NCBI GenBank assembly: GCA_043228905.1
Contig: JBHGNT010000013.1
Coordinates: 9,858,001 to 9,922,000 of the forward strand
Origin: Azolla caroliniana
Taxonomy: Eukaryota; Plantae; Polypodiophyta
Length of the DNA: 64,000 nt
Direction of reading: 5' to 3'
In this document: in pieces, positions 1 through 9,880 of the stretch
Position numbering within the stretch: the stretch's first letter is position 1
How the letters are laid out: every line of letters starts with the position of its first letter
Position numbers and translations under genes: made by a program
The notes under the pieces: model-generated
Database searches by the model: none
Seen by the model: the letters and a program-made list of their open reading frames with translations, nothing else
What the model was told of the DNA's origin: nothing

Positions 1-186
1 TAAGCCTCTTAGCCGATTTGTACTTATCTTTCATATAATATAAGAGTTGTTGTCATCATCCTTCTCTCTCTCTCATTCTCGCTATCTCTCTTTTCGCTTC
101 TCTCTTTCTCTCTCTCTCGGGAGTCTTACGCAGTCCCGTCCTCTTAGTACTAATAGTACTGCTCTTCTTTAGTACTATTCCTGACA
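1..186 (+). repeat. 5' LTR of chromovirus A (partial, runs off window)
   Basis: Matches ~9955-10162 and ends in TGACA at 186. Confidence 0.9.
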
Positions 187-188
187 GT

Positions 189-199
189 TTGAACCAATT
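189..199 (+). promoter_or_regulatory. Self-priming PBS of chromovirus A
   Basis: TTGAACCAA(TT) right after the LTR with no TGG; complementary to TTGGTTCAA in the LTR (9936-9944). Confidence 0.7.
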
Positions 200-258
200 T
201 CCCGGTCCTCCAATCTACTTGTCGTTCTCCCTCATCCTCCTACCCTTTTCCCTATATT

Positions 259-1416
259 ATGGCTACTGTTAGCGCCCAAGAATATCAATCCGTTTTCTCT
301 GAGCTACAGTGCTTAAAAGAAAAATTTGTTGCCTTGGAACAAGAAAACCAACAGCTGATAGGGGATCTGCAACAAATCGCTCTAGAAAAACAACAAATGC
401 AACACCAACATGGGGAGTTAGCATTACGGGTGCAACAACTCGAAGCGGCATTGCAACAACAAGGATCAAGTCCCCAAGGATTTCATAAAGAGCCGAAGAT
501 TGGACTTCCTGTGAAATTTGATGGAACGCGATCACAATTCAGGGGATTCCTTAATCAGGTACGATTAGTCCTCCAAATGCATCCTTCCCGATATCCCACT
601 GATGCATCCCGAGTCGGCTTACTAGGCACGTTGCTTAGCGGCTCAGCCTTAGCATGGTTCGCTCCGCTTCTAGAAAAACAATCGCCCTTGCTTAATAACT
701 TTGAAGATTTTATTAGTGAGTTTAAAGCCTGCTTTGGAGACACCGACAGCATCAGGACGACGATCAACAAGATCCGGCGATTGCGTCAAGGCGATCGTCC
801 AGCCTCTGCCTACGCTGCGGATTTCTGCCTACTCGCTTCAGATATACCCTGGGATGATCAAGCACTAATGGAGCAGTTTCGCTATGGCCTGCGAAACGAT
901 GTCAAAGATCTACTTCTAACTTTCCCCGAAGAACCAAAGTCTCTTACGGAGGCAATCAGTCGAGCGGTCCAATGTGACAACCGCCTTTTCGAACGACGTT
1001 CGGAACGTCAATTACAGATACCACGCTCTAGGTCAGAGCCCACTTACGCCGCAGTCGCGGGTAAACCGTTTGCACGAGACATACCTCAAGCAAATACTTC
1101 GACACCGATGGAGATCGATACCATGCGTCGATGCAGCCAGTTATCGGAAGAAGAAAAGCAATGACGACGTGCCAATCGATTATGTCTTTATTGCAGTGGA
1201 CCAGGACATATCGCCATCAATTGTCCCCATAGGCCAAGAAGACAGGTAAATCAAATCGTCGCCTGTACTAAACCCGAGTCAATTCTTCCCTTCGGAGTGT
1301 CTGATAGTATTAATAGTACTAATAGAGTGTCAGATAGTATTCATAGTACTAATAGCCCAAGTATCTCAAACAAATTTGAAATCCTTAGTCAATTAGATGA
1401 AGAGTTAAACAATTGA
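259..1416 (+). pseudogene. gag: gag of chromovirus A (premature TGA at 1162-1164; decayed CCHC knuckle downstream)
   Basis: EPKIGLPVKFDGTRSQFRGFL and LRQG..A..YAADF motifs; collinear with the intact gag at 11887; the frame continues to TGA 1414-1416. Confidence 0.9.
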
Positions 1417-1459
1417 GTCCAGCAAAAATAGGAGCCGTTTGGTTGGACAACAGCCCTAG
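1404..1459 (+). promoter_or_regulatory. -1 ribosomal frameshift signal (G_TTA_AAC + stem-loop/pseudoknot), element A
   Basis: GTTAAAC 1404-1410, 6-nt spacer, stem GTCCAGCAAAA/TTTGGTTGGAC, loop TAGG pairs with downstream CCTA. Confidence 0.75.
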
Positions 1460-1475
1460 ATCTGTACAACCCATT

Positions 1476-1902
1476 TGTTGGGAGACAGGTCCCTCCGGAT
1501 GGGCAGGGAGAAGAACAGTGCCGACGAAACCGGATGAGGAGTACCCGACTACGGAGAGCCGGATGGTGCAGGCCCGGTATGAACCGGATGAGGAGTACCC
1601 GGCTACGGAGAGCCGGATGGTGCAGGCCCGGTATGAACCGGATGAGGAGTACCCGGCTACGGAGAGCCGGATGGTGCAGGCCCGGTATGAACCGGATGAG
1701 GAGTACTCGGCTACGGAGAGCCGGATGGTGCAGGCCCGGTATGAACCGGAGGAAGAGACATATTCGTAAATATGTTTTTGAGAGCCCATTGTGGCTATAT
1801 TTGTAAATAGCCGAAAAGTCATATTAGTATAAATATGACTTAGGGCAAACTAATATTATGTGGTCGTTACTCTTCCTTGTTGGTGCAAGAAGAAGAGAGA
1901 GT
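1476..1902 (+). repeat. Truncated 5' LTR of Copia X
   Basis: Matches 5397-~5877, then joins directly to mid-gag; the LTR 3' part, PBS and gag N-terminus are missing. Confidence 0.9.
1530..1745 (+). repeat. 54-bp tandem repeat x4 in Copia X 5' LTR
   Basis: Unit CCGGATGAGGAGTACCCGGCTACGGAGAGCCGGATGGTGCAGGCCCGGTATGAA. Confidence 0.95.
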
Positions 1903-4900
1903 AAAGTCGAGCTTGCTAGATGAGGAGGCGCGTCGGAAAGACAAAGATACGAGCTCCGACTCCAAAGCGCTTCTTACCGAATCGGAACGCGAAAGACATA
2001 GAAACCGTAGTCCCCAGAACCAGGAGAAGTCAGGGACACGGTCAAAGTCAAGGGGGAGGCCTACTTGCTTCTATTGCGGCAAGCCGGGACACTTCCAAAA
2101 GAACTGTCGGCATTTCCGTAAAGACAAGGAAACCGACGGTACCGATTCGAAGCAAACCCCGGACCGGAACGGTAAAGACCGAAACGGTAAAGACCGGAGG
2201 GGGGCGGACCGGAAGGGAACGACGGCAATCGCGGCAAGTGAAGAAGAGTTGATGCTCATCACCGAGGAGAGTGAGATAAACCTTGCCGGCGACGAGATGA
2301 CCTGGGTGGTAGACTCCGGAGCATCGTTCCAACTTACCCCGGACCGAAAATGTTTCGCATCCTACTCAGCCGGTGACCACGGCTGTGTCCGGATGGGGAA
2401 TGAAGGTACATGCCGAATTGTCGGCATAGGAGACGTGTGGCTAACAACACCAATTGGATGCAAGATGCTGCTGAAGGATGTCCGACACGTTCCGGAAGTT
2501 CATCTGACCCTGATATCAGCCGGTCGGCTAGATGATGAAGGCTACACGGGTAGCATCTGGAACGGTGTCATGAAGTTCAGCAAAGGGAGCCTGATTGTGG
2601 CTCGGGCCCGGAAGGTAAACACAATGTACCTGATGAATGCCCGGTTATGTCCGAAAGAAGTGAACGTGGCATCCGACACTGCCGGTGAGCTGTGGCACAA
2701 GAGGCTGTGTCATATGAGTGAGAAGGGGATGAAGAGGCTTGCAGACGACAACCTCATTCCAGTGAAGAACGTGCACTTAGAGAAGTGCACTGATTGTCTG
2801 GCCGGTAAGCAGAACCGGACCTCTTTCCGACCAAGGCCACCGATGAGACGTAATGCACCACTGGAGTTGGTGCATACGGATGTGTGTCAAGTAGACACGA
2901 AGTCACATGCCGGAGCGCAGTACTTCGTGACGTTCATAGATGACCACAGCCGGGAGCTATGGGCCACACCACTGAAGACGAAGGATCAGGTGTTATCCGT
3001 CTTCAAAGAGCTCCACGCGAGAGTAGAAAGAGAAACCGGCCGGAAGCTGAAGGCGGTTCGAGCAGATAACGGGGGAGAATACCGGGGGCAGTTCGAGGAG
3101 TACTGCCGCTCGAAGGGAATCCGGCTAGAATTTACCGTGCCGAAGACGCCGGAACTAAACGGACTGGCCGAGAGGACGAACCGGACCATAATGGAGAGGG
3201 CGGCACTGTGGACGGCGACATACGTGATAAACAGATCACCCTCAGTACCCTTGGACGGAGACACGCCACAGAGAGTATGGACCGGTAAGGAAGTGTCCTA
3301 CCGGCATCTGAAGGTGTTCGGGTGTCTCGCGTACGTGCATGTAGCTAAGGACCGGAGAGGAAAGCTAGATCCAAAGACCCGTCCATGCATATTCCTCGGT
3401 TACGGTGACGATGAGTTCGGCTACCGAGTGTGGGACCCGGTCGACAAGAAGGTATTCCGGAGTCGAGATATTATCTTCATGGAGGACAAGACGCTCGCCG
3501 ACTGGGAGTCGGAGAAGAAGATAATGAACTCCGAGTCGACCGGTAAGGATAGACTCTACGATGAGCAGACCCAACCGGCAGGAGACCGGTTAGCACTCGA
3601 AGAACCAGCCGGTTACGGTGAGGATACCGAACCGGCAGATGAAGAGGTAGAGGAAGCTGAGACCGGAACCGGCCAAGACTCCGAATCGGATTCGGATGAA
3701 GAGCAAATGGAGGAGCCGGTTACCGAAGCCCGAAGACGTAGATATCCTCTCAGAGAGAGAAGGGCGCCCCGGAGATTTCCGGATGCAGAGCACGTCCTGC
3801 TGACCGATGAGGGGGAGCCGGAAAGCTTCGAAAAAGCGAAGGAAGACACCCACAGCCGAAAATGGTTAAGTGCCATGCAGGATGAGATGGATTCCCTGCA
3901 TGAGAACCATACATACGAATTGGTGGAGCTGCCGAAAGGAAAGCGGGCACTCCGAAACAAGTGGGTGTACAAGTTGAAACCGGGAGATGCCGGCAACCCC
4001 CCGAGATACAAAGCCAGGATCGTGGTGAAGGGGTTCCAGCAGAAGAAGGGCGTGGACTTCGACGAGATATTTGCCCCGGTAGTAAAGATGACCACCATCC
4101 GGACAGTGCTGAGTATAGCAGCAAGCATGGACCTCGAGGTAGAGCAGCTGGACGTGAAGACGGCATTCCTTCACGGCGACCTCGAAGAGGAGATCTACAT
4201 GCAGCAACCGGAAGGATTTGTGGAGAAAGGGACGGAGCACCTGGTATGCCGGTTGAAGAAGAGCCTGTACGGACTGAAGCAGGCTCCCCGGCAATGGTAC
4301 CGGAAGTTCGACTCCTTCATGACCGAACAAGGGTACCACAAGACGCAGGCCGATCACTGCGTGTTTGTGAAGAAGTTCGAAGGAGGAGACTTCCTGATAC
4401 TCCTCCTGTACGTGGATGACATGTTGATCGTCGGACGAGACCAAGTAAAAATACGGATGCTGAAGAAGGCTCTCAACCGGACCTTCTCAATGAAAGACTT
4501 GGGTCCGGCAAGACAGATGTTGGGGATGCACATCATCCGTAACCGGAAAGCGAAGCAATTATGGCTGTCACAGGAGAAGTACGTGACAAAGGTGCTTCAC
4601 CGGTTCAACATGTCAGAAGCGAAACCAGTCGGATCGACACTTCCGGCAAACTGCACGCTATCCGGCAAGCAAAGCCCGAAGACGAAAGCAGAGAAGGCGG
4701 ATATGATGAAGATTCCATATGCCTCTGCCGTCGGGAGCTCGATGTACGCTATGGTGTGTACCCGACCGGATATAGGATACGCAGTCGGAGTGGTGAGCCG
4801 GTTCATGAGTAATCCCGGCAAGGAGCACTGGAACATAGTCAAATGGATACTCCGGTACTTGAAGAGAACTTCAAACATGTGTCTCCGATTCGGCTCCGGA

Positions 4901-5386
4901 AAACCTCAACTGGACGGTTTCACCGATTCGGACATGTCGGCTGATGTGGATACCAGCCGGTCTACATCCGGGTATGTAATGACATATGCAAGGGGAGCTG
5001 TTTCGTGGCAGTCGAGGCTGCAGAAGACGGTTGCATTGTCAACCACAGAGGCGGAGTACATGGCGGCTGTGGAAGCCGGCAAGGAAATATTATGGATGAA
5101 GGACTTCATCGGAGAGCTCGGTTTCCGGCAAGAGGAATACAGACTCTATTGCGACAGTCAAAGTGCCATCCACGTTGCTAAGAATGTGGCCTACCATTCC
5201 CGGACGAAGCATATCCAGCGGAGGTATCACTGGATCCAGGAAAGAGTAGATGACCATGAGTTCGCACTGACGAAGATCCACACGGCCGAGAACGGGTCAG
5301 ATATGCTGACCAAGGTGCTGACACCCGACAAGCTGGATGCATGCCGGAAGAGAATCGGACTGGTAAGACACCCAATGCCGGAGTGA
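1877..5386 (+). CDS. pol: Copia X gag-pol polyprotein (N-terminally deleted; small in-frame deletion in integrase)
   Basis: CFYCGKPGHFQKNC, WVVDSGAS, HTDVC/DNGGEY/NGLAE integrase, LDVKTAFLHG and YVDD RT, RNase H; NRTIMER|AALW lacks the usual intervening residues. Confidence 0.9.
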   Translation: MLVQEEERVKSSLLDEEARRKDKDTSSDSKALLTESERERHRNRSPQNQEKSGTRSKSRGRPTCFYCGKPGHFQKNCRHFRKDKETDGTDSKQTPDRNGKDRNGKDRRGADRKGTTAIAASEEELMLITEESEINLAGDEMTWVVDSGASFQLTPDRKCFASYSAGDHGCVRMGNEGTCRIVGIGDVWLTTPIGCKMLLKDVRHVPEVHLTLISAGRLDDEGYTGSIWNGVMKFSKGSLIVARARKVNTMYLMNARLCPKEVNVASDTAGELWHKRLCHMSEKGMKRLADDNLIPVKNVHLEKCTDCLAGKQNRTSFRPRPPMRRNAPLELVHTDVCQVDTKSHAGAQYFVTFIDDHSRELWATPLKTKDQVLSVFKELHARVERETGRKLKAVRADNGGEYRGQFEEYCRSKGIRLEFTVPKTPELNGLAERTNRTIMERAALWTATYVINRSPSVPLDGDTPQRVWTGKEVSYRHLKVFGCLAYVHVAKDRRGKLDPKTRPCIFLGYGDDEFGYRVWDPVDKKVFRSRDIIFMEDKTLADWESEKKIMNSESTGKDRLYDEQTQPAGDRLALEEPAGYGEDTEPADEEVEEAETGTGQDSESDSDEEQMEEPVTEARRRRYPLRERRAPRRFPDAEHVLLTDEGEPESFEKAKEDTHSRKWLSAMQDEMDSLHENHTYELVELPKGKRALRNKWVYKLKPGDAGNPPRYKARIVVKGFQQKKGVDFDEIFAPVVKMTTIRTVLSIAASMDLEVEQLDVKTAFLHGDLEEEIYMQQPEGFVEKGTEHLVCRLKKSLYGLKQAPRQWYRKFDSFMTEQGYHKTQADHCVFVKKFEGGDFLILLLYVDDMLIVGRDQVKIRMLKKALNRTFSMKDLGPARQMLGMHIIRNRKAKQLWLSQEKYVTKVLHRFNMSEAKPVGSTLPANCTLSGKQSPKTKAEKADMMKIPYASAVGSSMYAMVCTRPDIGYAVGVVSRFMSNPGKEHWNIVKWILRYLKRTSNMCLRFGSGKPQLDGFTDSDMSADVDTSRSTSGYVMTYARGAVSWQSRLQKTVALSTTEAEYMAAVEAGKEILWMKDFIGELGFRQEEYRLYCDSQSAIHVAKNVAYHSRTKHIQRRYHWIQERVDDHEFALTKIHTAENGSDMLTKVLTPDKLDACRKRIGLVRHPMPE

Positions 5387-5396
5387 AGGGGGAGTT

Positions 5397-6194
5397 TGTT
5401 GGGAGACAGGTCCCTCCGGATGGGAAGGGAGAAGAATAGTGCCGACGAAACCGGATGAGGAGTACCCGGCTACGGAGAGCCTGATGGTGCAGGCCCGGTA
5501 TGAACCGGATGAGGAGTACCCGGCTACGGAGAGCCGGATGGTGCAGGCCCGGTATGAACCGGATGAGGAGTACTCGGCTACGGAGAGCCGGATGGTGCAG
5601 GCCCGGTATGAACCGGATGAGGAGTACCCGGCTACGGAGAGCCGGATGGTGCAGGCCCGGTATGAACCGGATGAGGAGTACTCAGCTACGGAGAGCTGGA
5701 TGGTGCAGGCCCGGTATGAACCGAAGGAAGAGACATATTCGTAAATATGTTTCTGAGAGCCCATTGTGGCTATATTTGTAAATAGCCGAAAAGTCATATT
5801 AGTATAAATATGACTTCGGGCAAACTAATATTATGTGGTCGTTACTCTTCCTTGTTGGTGCAAGAAGAAGAGAGAGTGCGTAATTGTACAGAGAGAGAGA
5901 GAGAGAACGAGGTCGTTGCCTCTGTTGTAACCGCCGCCTGTGGCGAAGAGCGTGAGTTCGAGGTCGTTGCCTCCGAGAACTCACTGTTTTGTACATTCAT
6001 ACATAGTGACAGTTTGTAGCCTGTGGGCTGCCGTGGTTTTTCCTCCAGTTTGGGGTTTTCCACGTTAACCTCCTGTGTAGTGTGTGTGTATCTTCCTCTC
6101 CTTTGTATCGTGTTGTATTTCCCGTTTTTCTGTGTATGAAAAGAATCTTGGTTGTGGCCGAGCATTGCGCATAAGGAACATTAGGTTCCCGTCA
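5397..6194 (+). repeat. 3' LTR of Copia X (798 bp), with 54-bp repeat x5 at 5451-5720
   Basis: PPT GAAGGGGGAG, then TGTTGGGAG...TCCCGTCA. Confidence 0.93.
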
Positions 6195-6199
6195 CCATT

Positions 6200-9100
6200 A
6201 GTGGTTCCATTCCGTCCAAGCAAGTTTGCAATGTGTTTCTAGCCCAAGTCATTGTTAGTACTAAAAGTACTCTCCCAGTACCCGTCCTAGCACTTTTAGA
6301 TTCCGGAGCTAATTCCTGTTTCATGGATCAAAATTTTGCCCAAGCTTCTTAGATATCCCTAAGAAAACTTCCTTGTCCCGCATCTGTAGTAGTCATTGAT
6401 GGTCGTCCCATTGCTTCCGGGAATATTGTAGAAGAATCAGAACCCATTCAAGTTGTCCTAGGTAGTTTTGTGTGTGTAATATCATTTAATATAATTAGTA
6501 GTCCAGAGCATCCCATTGTCGTAGGATTACCTTGGTTTGAATTACATAATCCAGCCATAAATTGGAGAACAAGAGAAGTCCGATATCGACCACCCCAAGA
6601 ATCTACTCACCGAGTTTCGACCATTTCACTCCATCAATTACGCGAAGAAGGACACAAGGAGGCAATGTTCCTATTTGCAATATCAGTACATCCTTCCAAC
6701 ACTATTAAGAAGGACTCCTCATGACAACTTCCGGCAAAATATCATCCTTATGCCGATGTATTTGACAAGGTAAAAGCCGGTACCCTTCCTCATCACCATC
6801 CCTATGATTGTCCCATCGATTTACAACCAAGAACCAAGCTACCATGGGGACCAATTTACAACTTGTCACCCACCAAGTTAGAAGTCCTTCGAGCCTACAT
6901 AGAGGAGAATTTGGCAAGCGGGTTCATTCGTCATTCGAAATCTCCGGCCGGTGCACCCATCTTCTTTGTCAAGAAGAAAGATGGCTCACTTCGTCTCGTC
7001 GTTGATTACCGCGGATTGAATAAGGTCACCATCCGGAATAGGTATGCACTTCCTCTTATATCAAGTCTTTTAGAGCGAGTTAATGGTGCCAAGTTTTTTA
7101 CCAAAATCGATCTACGAGGAGTGTATAACCTCATGCGGATCCGACCAAGAGATGAATGGAAGACCGCCTTTCGCACGCGGTATGGGCATTTCGAGTATAC
7201 TGTTATGCCGTTCGGCTTAACCAATGCACCCGCGGTCTTCCAACACATGGCAAATGATATATTCAGAGACCTCTTGGATATCTATTTGATCATCTATCTA
7301 GATGATCTATTGATTTATTCGAAGACCCAGCAAGAGCACGATTCTCATGTACTATTAGTAGTGACTTCGCGAGAATGGTCTTTATGCCAAGCTAGAAAAA
7401 TGTAGCTTTGACTGCAAGCAAGTGGAATTTCTAGGCTACGTCATCTCCTCAAAGGGCATCGCCATGGATCCAGCTAAAGTCCAAACTGTACTAGAGTGGC
7501 AAATTCCACGGTCGGTACGAGATGTACAATGTTTTCTAGGTTTTGCTAACTTCTACCGTAAGTTTATACAGGATTATTCAAAGATTATTTTACCCCTCAC
7601 ACAACTTACGAAGAAGGGCCAAGCATTTCTTTGGTCCATCGAGGCAGATATGGCTTTTCAGCATCTTAAGAAAGCCTTTACATCAGCACCGATTCTAGCT
7701 CATGTGGATACCAGCAAACCATTCATCATGGAGGCTGATGCTTCAGATTTCGCCCTCGGTAGCATCCTTTCTCAACAAGGAGATAAAGAAGGGTTGCATC
7801 CGGTGGCTTTCCATTCGCGCAAATTCGATGTCGCGGAAATCAACTACGAAATACATGACAAGGAGTTATTAGCCATCGTGGATTCATTTGTGCAATGGCG
7901 GCATTTCTTAGAGGGCTCTCCACATCAGGTCATTGTCTTTAGTGATCATAAAAATCTTGCTTATTTCCAGAACGCTCGCGTACTAAATCGACGGCAAGCT
8001 CGGTGGGTGCAATTCCTCACGCATTTCGACTTCAAAATCACATATCGACCGGGGAAGCAGCAAGGAAAAGCAAATGCACTATCACGACGTTCATATCTTG
8101 CACCTCGTCCTAGTGATCCAACATTTGATAATCAAAAGCAAGTAATCTTGGGACCAACACGATTGCACACGACGCGGATTTTTCACACCCCGATGGATTC
8201 ACAGATTACCGATGACATACGTGCAAACTTGAAGACGGATAGTTTTGCTCAAGACATCCTGGCACACATTGATACTTCTCGGGCATCCTGTTCTCAGTCT
8301 CAACAACCAGGTATTGACTACAGACAATTCAAATATCATGATGGTTTGTTATTCTTTAAAAAGCGCGTATATGTCCCCGATTGCTCCTGTCGCCTTCAAA
8401 TCGTCCAACATTGTCACGACACCCATACGGCGGGACATTTCAGTAGTACTAAGACGTTGGAGCTAGTGCAACGATCTTTTTGGTGGTCCCACATGCGCCG
8501 TTTTTTCGACGACTATGTTTGGACCTGTGATGCTTGCTGCCGAGCAAAGATGCCACGACACCATCCATATGGCTTGTTGGAACCCTTACCGATTCCAAGT
8601 AAGCCGTGGGAGTCTATTTGTCTTGATTTTATCATAGATCTATCGGTCTTGCAGGGGTTTGATGCTATCTTAACCATCGTCGATTGATATACGAAGATGG
8701 CACATTTTGTTCCGTGTACTAAGGCCATCACTAGCGAGGAAACCGCCGCCCTAGTCATGCGTGAGGTATTTCGGCATCATGGCCTCCCAGACAATATCAT
8801 CAGTGACCGAGGACCGCAATTTGTCTCCAAATTTTGGCAGCATCTCTTCAAGATGCTCAAGGTCTCTTGCAACCTCTCCTCCGGCTACCATCCTCAGACC
8901 GATGGGCAGGCGGAACGAACAAACCAAACGCTGGAGCAATATCTCAAGTGCTTCCTGAGTTATCAACAAGACGATTAGGCCGAGATTCTCCACTTTGCGG
9001 AGTTTGCGTATAATAATGTTGTTCACTCCTCGACTCGAGTCTCCCCATTCTACGCTTATACCGATTCTCATCCTCGCTGGTCGGTGATCGACACCCCGGA

Positions 9101-9704
9101 GCTACCTACCAATCCTTGTGCCGGGGATCATTTGGAGAGACTATGCAAGATCCAGACAAATCTCTCGACTCATCTTCGTCATGCTCAACAGACACAGAAG
9201 ACTTACGCGGATCGTCATCAGCTTCCCTCCTCTTTTGCCATCGGAGATCGAGTATGACTCTTACGTCGTCACATCAAGACTACTTGACCATGCGACAAGT
9301 TGGATTATCGACGACTCGGTCCTTTCCGTATTACGGGTAAGGTTAATGATGTCACATTTCGCCTCGATCTCCCTCCGCAACTTCAGATACATCCGGTTTT
9401 CCATTGTTCTCTTCTTGAACCTTATAAAACAAACACCATTCCCGATCGTGTTACACCACCGCCGCCCCCGATGGAGTTGGACGCTGGCCTGGAGTATGAA
9501 GTTGCTCCCATCCTTGATTCCAAACTTATTCGCAACAAACTTTATTATTTGGTCGATTGGCTTGGTTATAGTCCGAGCGAACGCACTTGGGAACCCGTTC
9601 AGCATGTTACCAATGCTCAGGATTTGCTTGCTGATTTCCACCGAAAGTATCCGGACAAACCCGGTCCACAATCAACGCCGACTCGTTCCACTCGTCGTCT
9701 TTAA
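6200..9704 (+). pseudogene. pol: pol of chromovirus A (PR-RT-RH-IN-chromodomain), fragmented
   Basis: LLDSGA, YLDD, DASDFALG, ISDRGPQF and chromodomain YEV..ILDSK..YLVDWLGY..TWEP spread over several ORFs. Confidence 0.93.
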
Positions 9705-9730
9705 GGGGGAGATAGTGTCATGATATGGCA

Positions 9731-9785
9731 AGACTCGAACCCATAACCTTATGGTATATGGGTCGAGCTCTTAACCATCACACCA
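9731..9785 (-). promoter_or_regulatory. tRNA-like Pol III A-box/B-box module in U3 of element A (antisense)
   Basis: Minus strand TGGTGTGATGG ... AAGGTT ... GGTTCGAGTCT with 46 nt from T8 to T54, as in tRNA genes. Confidence 0.6.
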
Positions 9786-9860
9786 TCTATTGTAATTCAT
9801 AGAATATTATTTTCATTTATGTTTTATTATAAGAAAGTAATGTATATTCCAGATTTCTCT

Positions 9861-9880
9861 GGAACATTCTAGAAGTTTCA
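9861..9880. promoter_or_regulatory. Heat-shock element (GAAnnTTCnnGAAnnTTC) in LTR A
   Basis: gGAAcaTTCtaGAAgtTTCa about 20 bp upstream of TATA. Confidence 0.7.

Larger units (their letters stand above)
1476..6194 (+). mobile_element. Ty1/Copia LTR retrotransposon X nested in chromovirus A, 5'-deleted
   Basis: TSD CCATT at 1471-1475 and 6195-6199; TG...CA ends; removing it restores the host VQPISGSIPSKQV; domain order CCHC-PR-IN-RT-RH. Confidence 0.95.

Noticed and set aside
1530-1745. Regular repeats resembling a CRISPR array or a repeat protein (PDEEYPATESRMVQARYE)
   Set aside because: No unique spacers; a head-to-tail 54-bp unit inside an LTR; the ORFs result from a stop-free unit divisible by 3.
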